DNA of 37,643 nt, taken from positions 310,001-347,643 of the forward strand of contig JBEWZL010000006.1 of the NCBI GenBank assembly GCA_045837725.1, written 5' to 3'. The position numbers and the translations under genes were made by a program. Numbering within the stretch: position 1 is the first letter of the stretch; each line of letters starts with the position of its first letter. Shown one piece after another: positions 1 to 11,612 of the stretch. This stretch comes from Vermamoeba vermiformis. Its lineage: Eukaryota. The notes under the pieces are model-generated. The model was given only the letters and a program-made list of their open reading frames with translations. It made no database searches and had not been told where the DNA came from.

Positions 1-1110
1 TGAAAGTATATGGCAGAAACGCATGTCTTAGTATATTTGAACGAAGAAAAGAGGATATTATTAAATGTATTATTCTTGAAGATCTGATGGAAGACAAACG
101 ATTCAGACCGCTGTTCAGATACATGGCGGAAAGAAAATTAACTTATAGAGCTGCGGAAGAAGAAGATTTAAGAGCATTTTCTGACTCTATTCATCATGAA
201 GGCATAGTCATGGTTACTAAACGACCTGAAGTTTTGGATGTGGATCAAACTATCGAAATGATTCTTTCAAAGTACAATCAATTCGCTAAAAATAAGCGCG
301 AAAAAGCTATTCATGAAATTAAGAATGATAAATATGCATTAGAGAATGAAAATGAAGATGAAATTCAGCGTGAAGAACTGGATGTGGAGGAGGAAGAAAC
401 TGCTAACAAAGAATCTGCTAGTGCTCAATCATGGGACTATCAAACAATAGCTATGCTTGAAAACGTGCAAAATCCGCACAACTTGGGTGCATTAGTCAGA
501 GTTTTAGCCTTTTTTGGAGTCAAGATGGCGTTCGTCGCGAATTTGGACGCTTATAACACTCAAAAAGATACGTAAGTCTATTAAAACATGCATATTAATC
601 AGTCCATAAACTAATATTGTCACTTATTATGCAGCTTCAGTGATACAACTCCGAGTTGGAAGTTGAAAAAATTGGCGCAAGAAATGACCGAAGTTCAGTC
701 TCCAACTGTCTATCGATTAGCACAAGGAGGCATGGAACACGTGACCGTAAGTAACAGTAATATAATATATGTCATAAGGCATTAATATTTGCTTCAAGGT
801 TGTTCCGATCTTGAATCCGGAAGAATTTTCGCGAGTTTTGTACAAGTTGAAGCGACGAGGCAATTACAAAATTGTTGCCACGTCATCAACAGCACCTCGC
901 AAAGATTCATTATGGGACGAACGAGTTTTTAACGACTTGCACGACAAAAATAGAATATTGTTGTTTGGATCTGAAGCTGAAGGTTTGTCTCGTCGCGTAT
1001 TAAACTCCGCAGATTACATCGTTGAAGTTCCTGGCGTAGGAAATATTGAAAGTCTTAACGTGGCGACTTCAGCGGCTGCTGTATTGACCATGTTAAATCG
1101 ACCAAAATAA
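1..1110 (+). CDS. SpoU/TrmH-family RNA 2'-O-methyltransferase, YfiF-like (5' end lies outside the window; 2 introns, ~572-634 and ~747-798)
   Basis: The frame is open from base 3 (KVYGRNACLSIFERR...). SPOUT motifs are present: LENVQNPHNLGALVR, LLFGSEAEGL and IESLNVATSAA. Stop TAA at 1108-1110. GT..AG introns join the ORF pieces. Confidence 0.88.
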
Positions 1111-1225
1111 AGATCTAACATTAAAATTATGGCAAAGATCGTTTTAAATTAGCCAAAATACAATATACAACAATAATTCGCGTTAAATTTCGAGGTCTAT
1201 CTATATATTAATGAATAGTATTATC

Positions 1226-2941
1226 TTATTTCTTAGTCATTTGCGAGCGAGTGTATTCGTAAGCCAAGAAGCAAGTAGCATTAGCCACGAAAGCTCTGAT
1301 TAAGCACGGTGTAAAGCCCTTGAAAAACCCTCCAATGCCCGAGCGTTGATGAATTTTCTTGGCGCAATCGAGCACGCCGTTGTATTTTCTCTTGGACTTG
1401 TCGGGGTTGTCTGCTTGAATTGAGGACTTGATCACGTCAATGGGGTACGTGGTCAACCTACAAATAGGAAGTACTCATTAGCGTCTGTAGATCCGTGACG
1501 TCAAAAATTTCGATCGGATCCAGTGAACGATTCGTGCTAATTGTATTGAAAATTCGATGACTTAACGTATTACAATAATATGCGTACCAGAAACCAACAC
1601 CACCGAGACCACCAGCCAAAAGTACTTTAGACATGGGCAACTTATCGACAGTTGAGTCCTACGAACAAATTATTTTCAGCACTACAGCCTCGTCAAATTT
1701 TATCAATTTTATTTCTAATTTCTTACCTTCGGCGTCATCCATCGACGAGTCAGTTCGTAAATACCAAAATAGGCGCTGTTCGCGGGAACGTCACGCAATA
1801 AAGTAGGAATCATACCCTAGAGTCGTATTAATACCTCGTATATGCATATCAATATTGTTTAATAGTACCTGGAATGCACCAGACACTCCGTAGTGTTTAA
1901 TAATTGACGAGGCACAGTGCACGACGTTCTTGTAAGCAGCTGCAGATCCGCCCTAAAAAATTTTACGATTAAAATAATGATCTTAATAACGATGACACGT
2001 GGTATAGTTAATTTCCAATACGAATAATAAGTATAGAACTGTAACGTACCTGTCCTTGGACTTGCATCTGAGTTTTGAAGAGATCGACGGGACAATCGAC
2101 AAATGAAGCGACAACTGCGTAAAGAGCGTTAAATAATTATTAATAATAATCAAAGATTTTTTTCGATTACAAATGAGTTCATCGCAAATAAAAAATCAGA
2201 TCGAGATATTTACTTCGTACAATCAATAATACGCATACTAATATTTTTAATATAATTAATAAGCATATAGGACGTACCTCCGACGATACCACCGGTTAAG
2301 AAATATTGAGCAATGCTCATCTGGGTCGGATCTCGTGGATCGGTTCTTGAAGAGACCGAGCCGATTGTAATATTGTTCTTAACGAAGTGTTTGCTATTAC
2401 CATATGTTACGAACAATACGGCGTTAATGATAGCCAAGCCAGCAAGAGGGCTGCCAACTCCTTTGTACAATCCGAGCGGACCTTCACTTTTAACAGTCTT
2501 GCGAACGCAATCGACCATACCAGTGTACTATAATAATATAATTAAGTGATGGTTCATATTTAATTGGTATGAATTTCAATTAACTTTTCAACTCTCGATC
2601 TTAAATGGTTCTTATTACAGTATTTTATAGGAAATCTTTCGCTAGCATAATTATAATTTGCGTATTTAAATATATTGTAAGCATAAATAGAGCTTATAAA
2701 CAGAAAATGACGAAAGCCAAGCCGATCGAACTTTTCGAAGCTTCGAAAATAAAAGGCTTACCATAGGTGCCTCGCCAGGAGCAGGAGTAGGCATCGTTTG
2801 CAGACGCACTTTTAATGTATCGAGAGGGTGACCGCTCAAAGTTTGAGCAACACCTCCCGCAGTACCAGCAACAAGATCACGCCAGAAACGCAGAGCAAAA
2901 GACTCTTCTTCCTTCTTAACGACGGTATTATTATCGGCCAT
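1226..2941 (-). CDS. Mitochondrial carrier (SLC25 family), carnitine/acylcarnitine or YMC1-like; multi-exon
   Basis: Three Px[DE]xxK signature repeats: [22 protein letters not shown] (small exon ~2049-2115) and [11 protein letters not shown]. Also EGPLGLYKG and [18 protein letters not shown]. Substrate is inferred from family resemblance only. Confidence 0.92.
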
Positions 2942-3614
2942 AGTTAAATATTATCCTCGTGGAGCAGTGAGTTGTGTTGCTCTATCTTTAATCAAAAGAC
3001 AAAATTTTTGTAACGGCAACTCGATCAAATTCAGGGCCGCGTCCCTTGGTCAAACAACCATATTTAGCCAATCTCAAGACCAGATTACAACAATAATCCA
3101 TGGGGCACGTATATTTAGCATTCAAGCACTCCTTATTTGGTCGATCGGGGATAAACGAATAAATATAAAGATAAATTTGTGGAGAGCGACCAAAGTATCT
3201 CCCACCGAAAAGGCAAAGTGCAAGGAGTAAGTAAGCTATTTTACATGGAACGATAAATCGTTGCAATTTTTTTCCTCCATCTCGATCAAAATCCAGGTTT
3301 GGATACTGAAACAAAAAAAATAATCCTTTTGACCTACAAACATATTATTGAAAAAATATGATAATTATTAACGTTCAATAATCCGAGATACGCTTATCTC
3401 ACGATTCTTAACGTGCATGATCCAATAATCTTTGTTTTAATTTTGTTTTGAGTTGTATAATATTAATACAATATGGTGACAAGTTCGAACTTGTGACGAA
3501 CAGATCAAGGAAAATTCAATGTTGTCAATCGAAACGGGACCTGTCTCCTCCCTGGACTTTATTTTTCACACGACGTAGAAGCTATACACTACAACGCCTC
3601 GAGTATCTCTATTC

Positions 3615-5128
3615 ATGAACGGTATGTACAGGGCAACTGGTACGCTTGACGCTAGATCTAATAGTACACTTCGACCTTAGGCCGGATCTTGCTCGCTTGG
3701 ACTCTCATTGCTATAAATAGTGTTGCTTACGGTAAGCCATTTGTTTTTATAGCTTCAGTTGCCGATCCAGGAAACCAAATCCAGGATCAGCGAGTTCAGT
3801 TCATCAAATTTCATTTAAAATTGCTCAGCTGCGAAATAATTATTACCACATCAATATTCCGTGTATTATTCTTTATAGATTTTCGATTCTATATTTCCTT
3901 GAAATTGTATTTTGGTCCCATTGTCAAGCGAATCACATGAACGAGAATTTTACTGCCATGTTCGAAGGACCTAACGCTCGCTATTATAGGAGAATTGCAT
4001 TATAAACCCAACGCAATTGCGTCGCCTTCATTCACAACACCGCTGTGCGACTCCATTCTGCTGTGCGAGCACAACACTTCTATCATCCCGAGCGTCAATG
4101 GACACAATCTCACTTTCACGTGGACGATCAACGGCGCTACACACAGCAGCACGGACTCGTGGCTATATCTGACAGAAGAAGATCTGCCCTGCGAATCCAA
4201 TCATACGATATGCATCACGGCTACGAACCCTGCAGGCTCAGTGCAGAGTTGTGGCTCGTTCCTCGTCCTTAAAATGCAATCCATCTTTCATAAAACACCA
4301 TCGCCGAAAGACCATCCGCAGTCTGTGTGGTTCGCGGGCACCAACGCCGTATTTCGCGTCGAAATCACGCCGAAGATCTGCACGCGACACACGTGGTGGA
4401 TCAACAACCAATTGGTTGCCGAACACGAAGGACTGCACAGCAACTTGAAGCTCAACATAACAACTGACCTGCAAGATGCACACGTGTACGTGTTAGCGGA
4501 GTGCGGCAACAGCGTCGTCAAGTCCAAGACGTACACGTTCAGAAGTGTCAGTGAACTTACCATATTTGGCTTGGTCATAATCATAGTTTGCGTCGTGATC
4601 GTTGTTGGCGGTGCTGTCATCCTATTGGTAGTCTTCAAGCGCAAGAAGAACAAACACAGCGATTACGATGAAGAATTGCAAAGTCTGGTAGTGCGTGATA
4701 AGACGAAAGAAGAGGCTGAGTGGATATTACAGACGACTAGATATGCCTGGTCACCGTCAATGGAATATTTGTTCAAACCAATCGACAAATTGCCGTTTTC
4801 AGTGCACGCGTCACAGTTCAGCGCCATTTCAAAGCCCCAGGACAATTCAGCAGCTTATGCCGTGCGAACAGACGTGATATTTACTCGCAAGAAATCACTT
4901 TCAAACGACGGTCTGAAAGAGCCCCTGATTGGTGGAACTAAGATTGACTTGTACGTCCCGCCGGAGCACGGAAATTTCACTTTAGATCCTCCGAGCGTTG
5001 TGCTTAGCTCGAGTGCAGTATCTGCAGGATTATCAGCAACGATGGCTGCTGGTGCTAAGGTCTGTTTGTTGGTCGTGTGCGAGCAACTCAAGATCTACTC
5101 GATGTTGGAGTTCAAGCTGAAAATTTAA
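3615..5128 (+). CDS. Type I single-pass membrane protein with signal peptide, two Ig-like domains and a ~165-aa cytoplasmic tail
   Basis: Exons 3615-3621, 3681-3731 and 3990-5128 splice in frame to give MNGRILLAWTLIAINSVAYGELHYKP (signal peptide). Ig-like patterns: LTFTWTING...TICITATNPAGS and HTWWINNQ...VYVLAEC. The TM segment IFGLVIIIVCVVIVVGGAVILLVVF is followed by KRKKNK. Confidence 0.78.
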
Positions 5129-5378
5129 GTTGTAATATTGGTTGATTGCAAATGACAAGCCTAAGGGTTTGTTCAGTTTGCAAACGAAACAATTTTTTGC
5201 GCAAAATATATAACCTCCAATCCTTTGGATTCTGCCTTTAATGGCACTGACCTTACAGTGCAAGAATCAGAGACGAAAGAACAATAAGCTAGTTGTAAAT
5301 AAATCAAATAATGTTATGCACTACGTTCTTTATTTACAATGAATTAATTATTGTTACTAATCTACATTTTTTCACTCG

Positions 5379-7685
5379 TTAGTCATCTTCTTCTGATGAT
5401 GAAGAAGAATCTTGTTGGTTGTCTACTTCACCTTGCGAGGGCAAAGTGGATGCACCAGCAATGACTCCTGTTGAGGCGTTGACTTTCTTTGAAGAGGACA
5501 TGGCGCTCTTAGCCTTGCCTGACGAGATCGAACCCTTGCTGCTGTCAATGTGATGCACGATGGAGTCTGTGAAGAACCACAACATGATCCATAGTGCAAT
5601 ATTTTCAGCGAATCTAAGACTAAATTCGATACCCATACTCATATCTGCATTCAAGGGCAGCAAGCTGAATAATAACGAGTTAGAATAATGCCCACCGGTG
5701 CTATCGCGTGTCGAAACTTACTTCGCAATGATGTTCGCAGCAACGGCGTAAAATCCGATGACACCAATCACGGTCAATACAATCGCAATCTAAAGCAGAT
5801 TAATACTTCCGCTGATATTCACGTGGTACCGTTTACCTTTTTCTTCAACATTTTGTCCTTGCCGTCACGCTCAGTTTTGCTGTTTTTGATTGTTTGCATC
5901 AGATGCAACAACCTACCACCAGCAACCTAACATGAAAAGAATTAAGTTTTGAACAAATGCGTAGCGTTAAAGCGTACCATGAAGCCAATGACGATGATCA
6001 ACAAAAATACGGCCAAAATGATGTTGCCAACTGAAAGAGCGCCAAGTGTAGGATCGACGCTGTCAACAATGACGGTCACGAACAAAGAAATGAGCAGCGC
6101 TATATTTAGACACAAGCAACATATGCGCAAAATTCGCGACACTCGTTTTTTGCGCCTCCAAAGGGAGATCTCGAGCCTGGGGAAAACGTTCAGCCTTTGC
6201 TACTCGTGCATATTTTCATCGAGTATTACGTACCACGCGACAACAACGACTGAAAACACGACCGCTACCATGGTGTCACCCGCGAAGAGGATGAACTGAA
6301 GGCCAAGTGAAGTGTACACAGCCTGATAGCCACGAAAATCGACAGGATAGACAGCCACGCGCACTAAATTTGGAAAGTTAATAATCTCGTTAGAGCTGGC
6401 CAAATTAACGGATAATTTAGGGTTAATCTTTAGTTCGCCGAAATCGCTCTTAATTTGACTTACGTGAAGTCAGGATAATAATGCCGAGGAAGGTTAAAAA
6501 TACGAGCAAAGTCCCGTAATTCAGTTGATAATATTTTTGACGGAACGGCAGCAGGATTACAGCCCAGACGAGGGAAATGCCGGACAAGACTGTCGCGACT
6601 GCCATCATGGCTCGTACTCTTACTACATGCTCCTGCCACGGTATAATGACTATAAAAAATACTTTGTTAATTTTGGATTGTTAATTGAATATAAAATTGC
6701 GGATTCAGGACCATTCTGAACATTTTGAACATTCCTATGGAATTGCCTTTTTTAGAAATACCTCGATACAGATTAAAGAAGGGATTTAAAGCTATATTGA
6801 AAATATAGAAAGATTCTTACCATCTTCTGGGGCAACCAAGATCGTAGCTGACATCTGCACTAAATTTTGTGCTCCACCATACATTTCAATAATGCCATCA
6901 AAAGCCTGTTGTTCTGTAAAAATAGCGTATGTTGTGCCTGCTAAGAAATTGCCCGATTCGTAATCGTCGTTCAATCTGCTGTCGTTTCGGATAAGGATCA
7001 CTGCCAGCAATGCATTATCTCTTTGCGCAGCCGCGATCAATTGGAATGAATTGCACGAATTTACGTAATTCTGTCTCTCTGTTTTTCTTGTGATTCTGAC
7101 GATGCCGATCAGTCCTTCAGTTTCTGCACGCGGATTCGCAATCGAGCACGGGACATTCTCTGGGACATCCAACGCTATTTGTGAACGTCAGTATTCGAGT
7201 ATTATAGTATTGTAATAATATTCAAAAGTTAAGGTGTCGGGCAAGCTTCGATCCATCTTAAAATACCCAGGAGTTGATCCCAATTGGTTAATTAATCGGA
7301 GTCTTACCATTAAAATAATATTATCGTATTTACTATTACGCATTCTTTTAACGGATAGTAATAGATTTCATTGCCGGTAGCACAATTGCGTGTCGTCTCA
7401 AAAATAGATGCAAAATCAAATTTACGATATTCTGCGTAATTATTGCACTTAACTTCATATTTACTTACCAATAATATTAGCACTGAATTCTTCCTGTGGA
7501 TCGGACATTACGCGAGATATCCAAGCGTACGATGAAGGCAATTCAATATTGGTAACTTTCGTGCCATTGCTTAATGTGAGATCCAACAGGACAACATTCT
7601 TATCGCCAGGAACCACTTTAAGGGCATTGGTCATGCAGCTCAATGCAATGATTACTATCGCAACGAGCAAGATCCGTGGTACCAT
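5379..7685 (-). CDS. Signal peptide + extracellular (PA-like) domain + ~7 transmembrane helices; GPCR-like orphan receptor; multi-exon
   Basis: N-terminal MVPRILLVAIVIIALSCMTNA. Extracellular exon ~6821-7175 contains a PA-like IAAAQRDNALLAVILI segment. Successive hydrophobic helices lie in exons ~6463-6650, ~6230-6363, ~5975-6195, ~5722-5788 and 5379-5665. Ser/acidic C-terminal tail. Confidence 0.62.
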
Positions 7686-8148
7686 AGTTTGTCTTCCTGG
7701 CTTTCGTTGTCGGTATTAATGCCAATTGAATGACGCCAAAGAAGTAAATATATGATACGTGTTTAATACCTTCGTGTTGCTTATTTAAAATAATTTTTGA
7801 TGAATGAATGGCGTTTGATGAACTAAATTTGGAAACTCCTCCAACTGATAATCCAAATATCGGCACTTCTGAATGTGCCGCTCCAACGAAAGACATGACG
7901 CACTAGCATAATGTGGTCATTGACGAGAAAGGCCATCATAAATAGAATGATTAGAAATTCTGCATTTCAAACGTTTCAACTTGAAAAATAGTTAAATGAG
8001 CGTTATTATAGTTGAAGTTTATTATCAACAGTAGTATTAGCTAATCGACAATTACATGATGATGATTTGACGAATTGTCAAGATATCAAGTTTGATGTGA
8101 CACAAGTAAATTGTGTGTTCGAATTCCTTTATTTATATGTACAATACC

Positions 8149-11100
8149 TCATTCGATGATTTTAATGCGTGTTTTTCCATCAGTGCGTGGTGGCAATATG
8201 TTCGGACTGGCATTGAACGTTGTTCCGCCAACAGGTTGTCGGTTACGATACCGCTGCCAACTGTGTTCCGCTCCACCGCGTGGTGTTGGCTGAAATAAAT
8301 CACGGCAATTAATCAAATGTCTATTACTGAATATAAGTGTAATTACCTCTTGTCCAAAGTTAAATCTTGAGCCCTGCGTTGTTTGTTGTTGCGGTCTGCT
8401 TGCCTTGACCTGCGGTAGCTTTGTTTGAATTTCTAGCAGTCTTTCAATAGCTTTTTGTGCGGCAGAATGTACGTCGAAGTTAGCTACGATAGAAGTGCGC
8501 GCAGCGGCTGCTCGTTGTTGTGCATCTGCTCGATCTTCTAAACATTTCGACATCTGTTCGCGTAAGTGATTTTGCGATACGGTAGCCCATTTATGACCCT
8601 CTTCATTCGCGTCATCCATCTTCTCGACATCGAGCAGGTAAGAATTCTCGTTGTTCATGAACTCTGTGTGAAGTCCAAAATTAGCTCTTTATCGTTGCAA
8701 AATATTTTTAGCTACGGCGTAATATTTACTTACCGGTATTCCCCGACCAGTTAGTACCTATTGTAGGTACTTGCATGGACATCGCTTGGTGGAAAACCGT
8801 TAATAACGAACTTAAGTTCATTTAAGGGTTGTACCTTCCATATAAGGCAATCCCCAACCTTCGCCGTGAGAAGGCAATACAAAGCAATCGACTGACTTGT
8901 AAAGGCTAGGCATCTTCATGTAGGGCAGTAATGTGTCCAAAAATCGAACCGGCTAAAAAATTGACCTCATTAGCACATCCGCGATTTAAATTCATTTCAG
9001 CAAATTGCAGTAATCTTACCGGTAATGAAGATAATTCAACACCGCTCTCGTTTATATATTTTCGCGTGATTTGCTCGTATTCATTCTTGCTGTCCTCGTC
9101 CATTCGTGCGCGAACAATCAATTCAACGTTCTCGTGATGTTGAGAGCCAGTTTTGAATAGCTCAAAGTACGTTGGTAATAATATGTTCCAAGCTATAAGT
9201 ATGATAGGTTAGATAAGCCTTCAGTCTATCCTCAAACCATCTTCCGTGCCTTTTCTTTTTTCCCATTTACCGACAGCCAAGTAACGGAACTTGTGCGAGT
9301 GAGCTAACTCGCGGAGTGGTTTGTGAATGGCGGGATTGTAGTGATTTGTATCAATAGACTCGGGGACCTACAACGATATTTGAGTTATCTTCTCGATGTA
9401 GGTGTCAAGCTCTGCACGTACCACAAACAGCTTTGAGCTATTGACGCCAGCCTTCGAAAAAGTCTCGACGTTAAAGTGACTCGGGACCCAAATTTCATCA
9501 ACCTCATCGTTACACTGCTCAACCCAACCATTGGGAATACTATCAGTCTCGTACATGCTACGACCAATCACGTAGTCTGGCTCCTCGTTATAGCTGAAGG
9601 AGTTCTTGAAGAACGAGTAGCTGTGCGCCCGTTAGTATTCTAGTGGCAGAAACGACAGCACAAACATACCGCCCAGGGTCTCTGTGAATAACAAGAGCAA
9701 AGTCTCCTTTGTTGCGGAACTCGCCTTGCATCAACAGACCAATAATCTTGCGTGTGCTTGCAGGCAGGCCAATCTTCTTCAACTCTTCTTTGCACTCGTC
9801 CATATTGTTCACTTTGATTTTGACGCGTAACTTGCTACTAAGGCCCATCAGGAATCCCGTGGCCTCAGTAGTGAACCCGAGGACCTAAACAATAAGTCGC
9901 GAAGTTAGGCATTTCCTGTTATACTTCACGAGAAGAACGTACCTGACCAGTACCGCACTCCATGTTCCAAACTACTGTGAAGTTCTTCACTTGATAGCGC
10001 TCAGTTATCTCTTGATGAAGCACCACTCCGTAGTTGAGTTGAAACACTGCGAGATCTCGCTTAGTGTTTGAGTTTTCGAGGTCATCATCTCGGCTGTTCT
10101 CAGACAAGCTGTCTTCATTAAACATCATAACTGCGGAAGGATGAAATTTGACTTTTTTGGCAAAATTTCTGACCAACCGCTGCGATAAATCGGCATCAAA
10201 GTAGTGATTTAAATAGGACTCGTTGAACTTCCCTGCTGTCATGAATAACTCCCGAGGTATCATCATGCAATCTGTATTCATATTAGATAGGGGGCACATT
10301 AATTTGATGCTTTTAGATCTGACCTGCGCTAACAGCAGGCACTTCTTCGGCGATAATAGTTCTCGTGTCCATAGCATTGTAACCTTCGTAACGGTGGAAA
10401 ATGATTGGAATGTCCTCAGGCTCTTCAACCTCGTCACTGCTCGCGGTATTGCTTTAAGGGAATTAGAATTGAGACACGTGTAATTCATTGCCGTACCTCC
10501 ACACTAAGCTCGAAAATCGACTCTTGCTAGGGTTGTGCGCCATAATAAACTCAATGCCTGCACGATGCACGGACCTATCGTCCGATGAGATCACTTTGCA
10601 GCCTAATTGACCGAGTGAATCTTGTTGACTAGCAAAGGCGTTCAACATCGAGTGCATTGCCTCCACAGAGATCAACTCCACCGTTTCGTCCAAAAATAGC
10701 AAATAAGGTGCTCGCGCAAGTGATGCTAAACAAATGTTAGTGATATAAAATACGGCAGTAGCGGTATGTTGTCAGCGATATAAAATACGACACTAGTGCT
10801 GCAAGTGTTATATTATGACTATATCGTCTGAGCTCTAGTATTCCCCTGGCGAATTCCATCGCGAATCATGAAACACACGTGTCCATTGCCTTTTAAAGTC
10901 GAACACGTGACAAGCTTCGGACGGTTAGATTCCGGGGTTGACTTATTTTTATATGGGTAGTAAGCGCTATTTACCTGCTTTGTTTAGAATAGTAACGACG
11001 GTCTCAGTGTTGTTGGGCTCTAGGAGGGTCATTGGCACGCCATCATATTGAGCTTTAAGGGTTGTAATGAGCGAGTCCAACGCGTCATATCTCGCCGTGC

Positions 11101-11524
11101 TACTGAGTGCCACAAGTACTTCTACATTAATAGCTTTTTCTCTAAATCAAATTGTATACATTAGAATCTTAAAGGTCAACGAAGAGATCGACCAGTTAAT
11201 TTCATCTGTTTCCGAAAAATAGTAATAAAAATAAGGATAGCAATTTGCGCATTAACATAATAAATTTACAACAAATTTTTGTAATAGTGGGTTAAATAAA
11301 TTATGGAGCAACAGATCAAAAGTTCGCAAGTAAAAGAGATCATACCCGTTCCTCTGCTGTACAGCTCGTTGAATTGACATTAATGATTGTTTAATATAAA
11401 TAAGAGGACTGGACTGCGCTTTCACAACTATGCTGACATCTGGGGTTGGATCCGCCAAGCAAACAACTGCAGTTGCTAGCAAAATAAATAACAAACCACA
11501 ACGCAGAACCACTATTTTGTTCAT
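8149..11524 (-). CDS. Secretory-pathway glycosyltransferase: N-terminal GT-A/GT2-like region plus C-terminal GT4 (GT-B) domain; multi-exon
   Basis: Signal peptide MNKIVVLRCGLLFILLATAVVCLA. GT4 motifs: IGRSMYETDSIP, VDEIWVPSHFN, VGKWEKRKG and DCFVLPSHGEGWGLPYME/AMSMQVPTIGTNWSG. The N-terminal part has DVSIVV and LFLDETVE...LGCKVI...HRAGIEF, resembling GT2 enzymes. Confidence 0.82.
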
Positions 11525-11612
11525 TTCCGTTATTTAACTATTCGCATGTTAATAGTCTGTGGTCGATCTGGTTGTTATGAGAGTTCCAATGAAATTTTCA
11601 GAGGGAGCAGAT

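Noticed and set aside
2967-3314. Overlapping ORFs 2967-3230 (+) and 2988-3314 (-)
   Set aside because: Non-ATG starts and no recognisable motifs; they lie in the promoter region between divergent genes.
3479-3494. 16-bp palindrome ACAAGTTCGAACTTGT containing GTTCGAA (tRNA T-loop-like)
   Set aside because: No cloverleaf, acceptor stem or A-box around it; a single palindrome in AT-rich intergenic DNA is not enough to call a feature.
8292-8348. In-frame, stop-free 57-nt intron candidate near the glycosyltransferase 3' end
   Set aside because: It has normal donor and acceptor signals; retention cannot be judged without transcripts.
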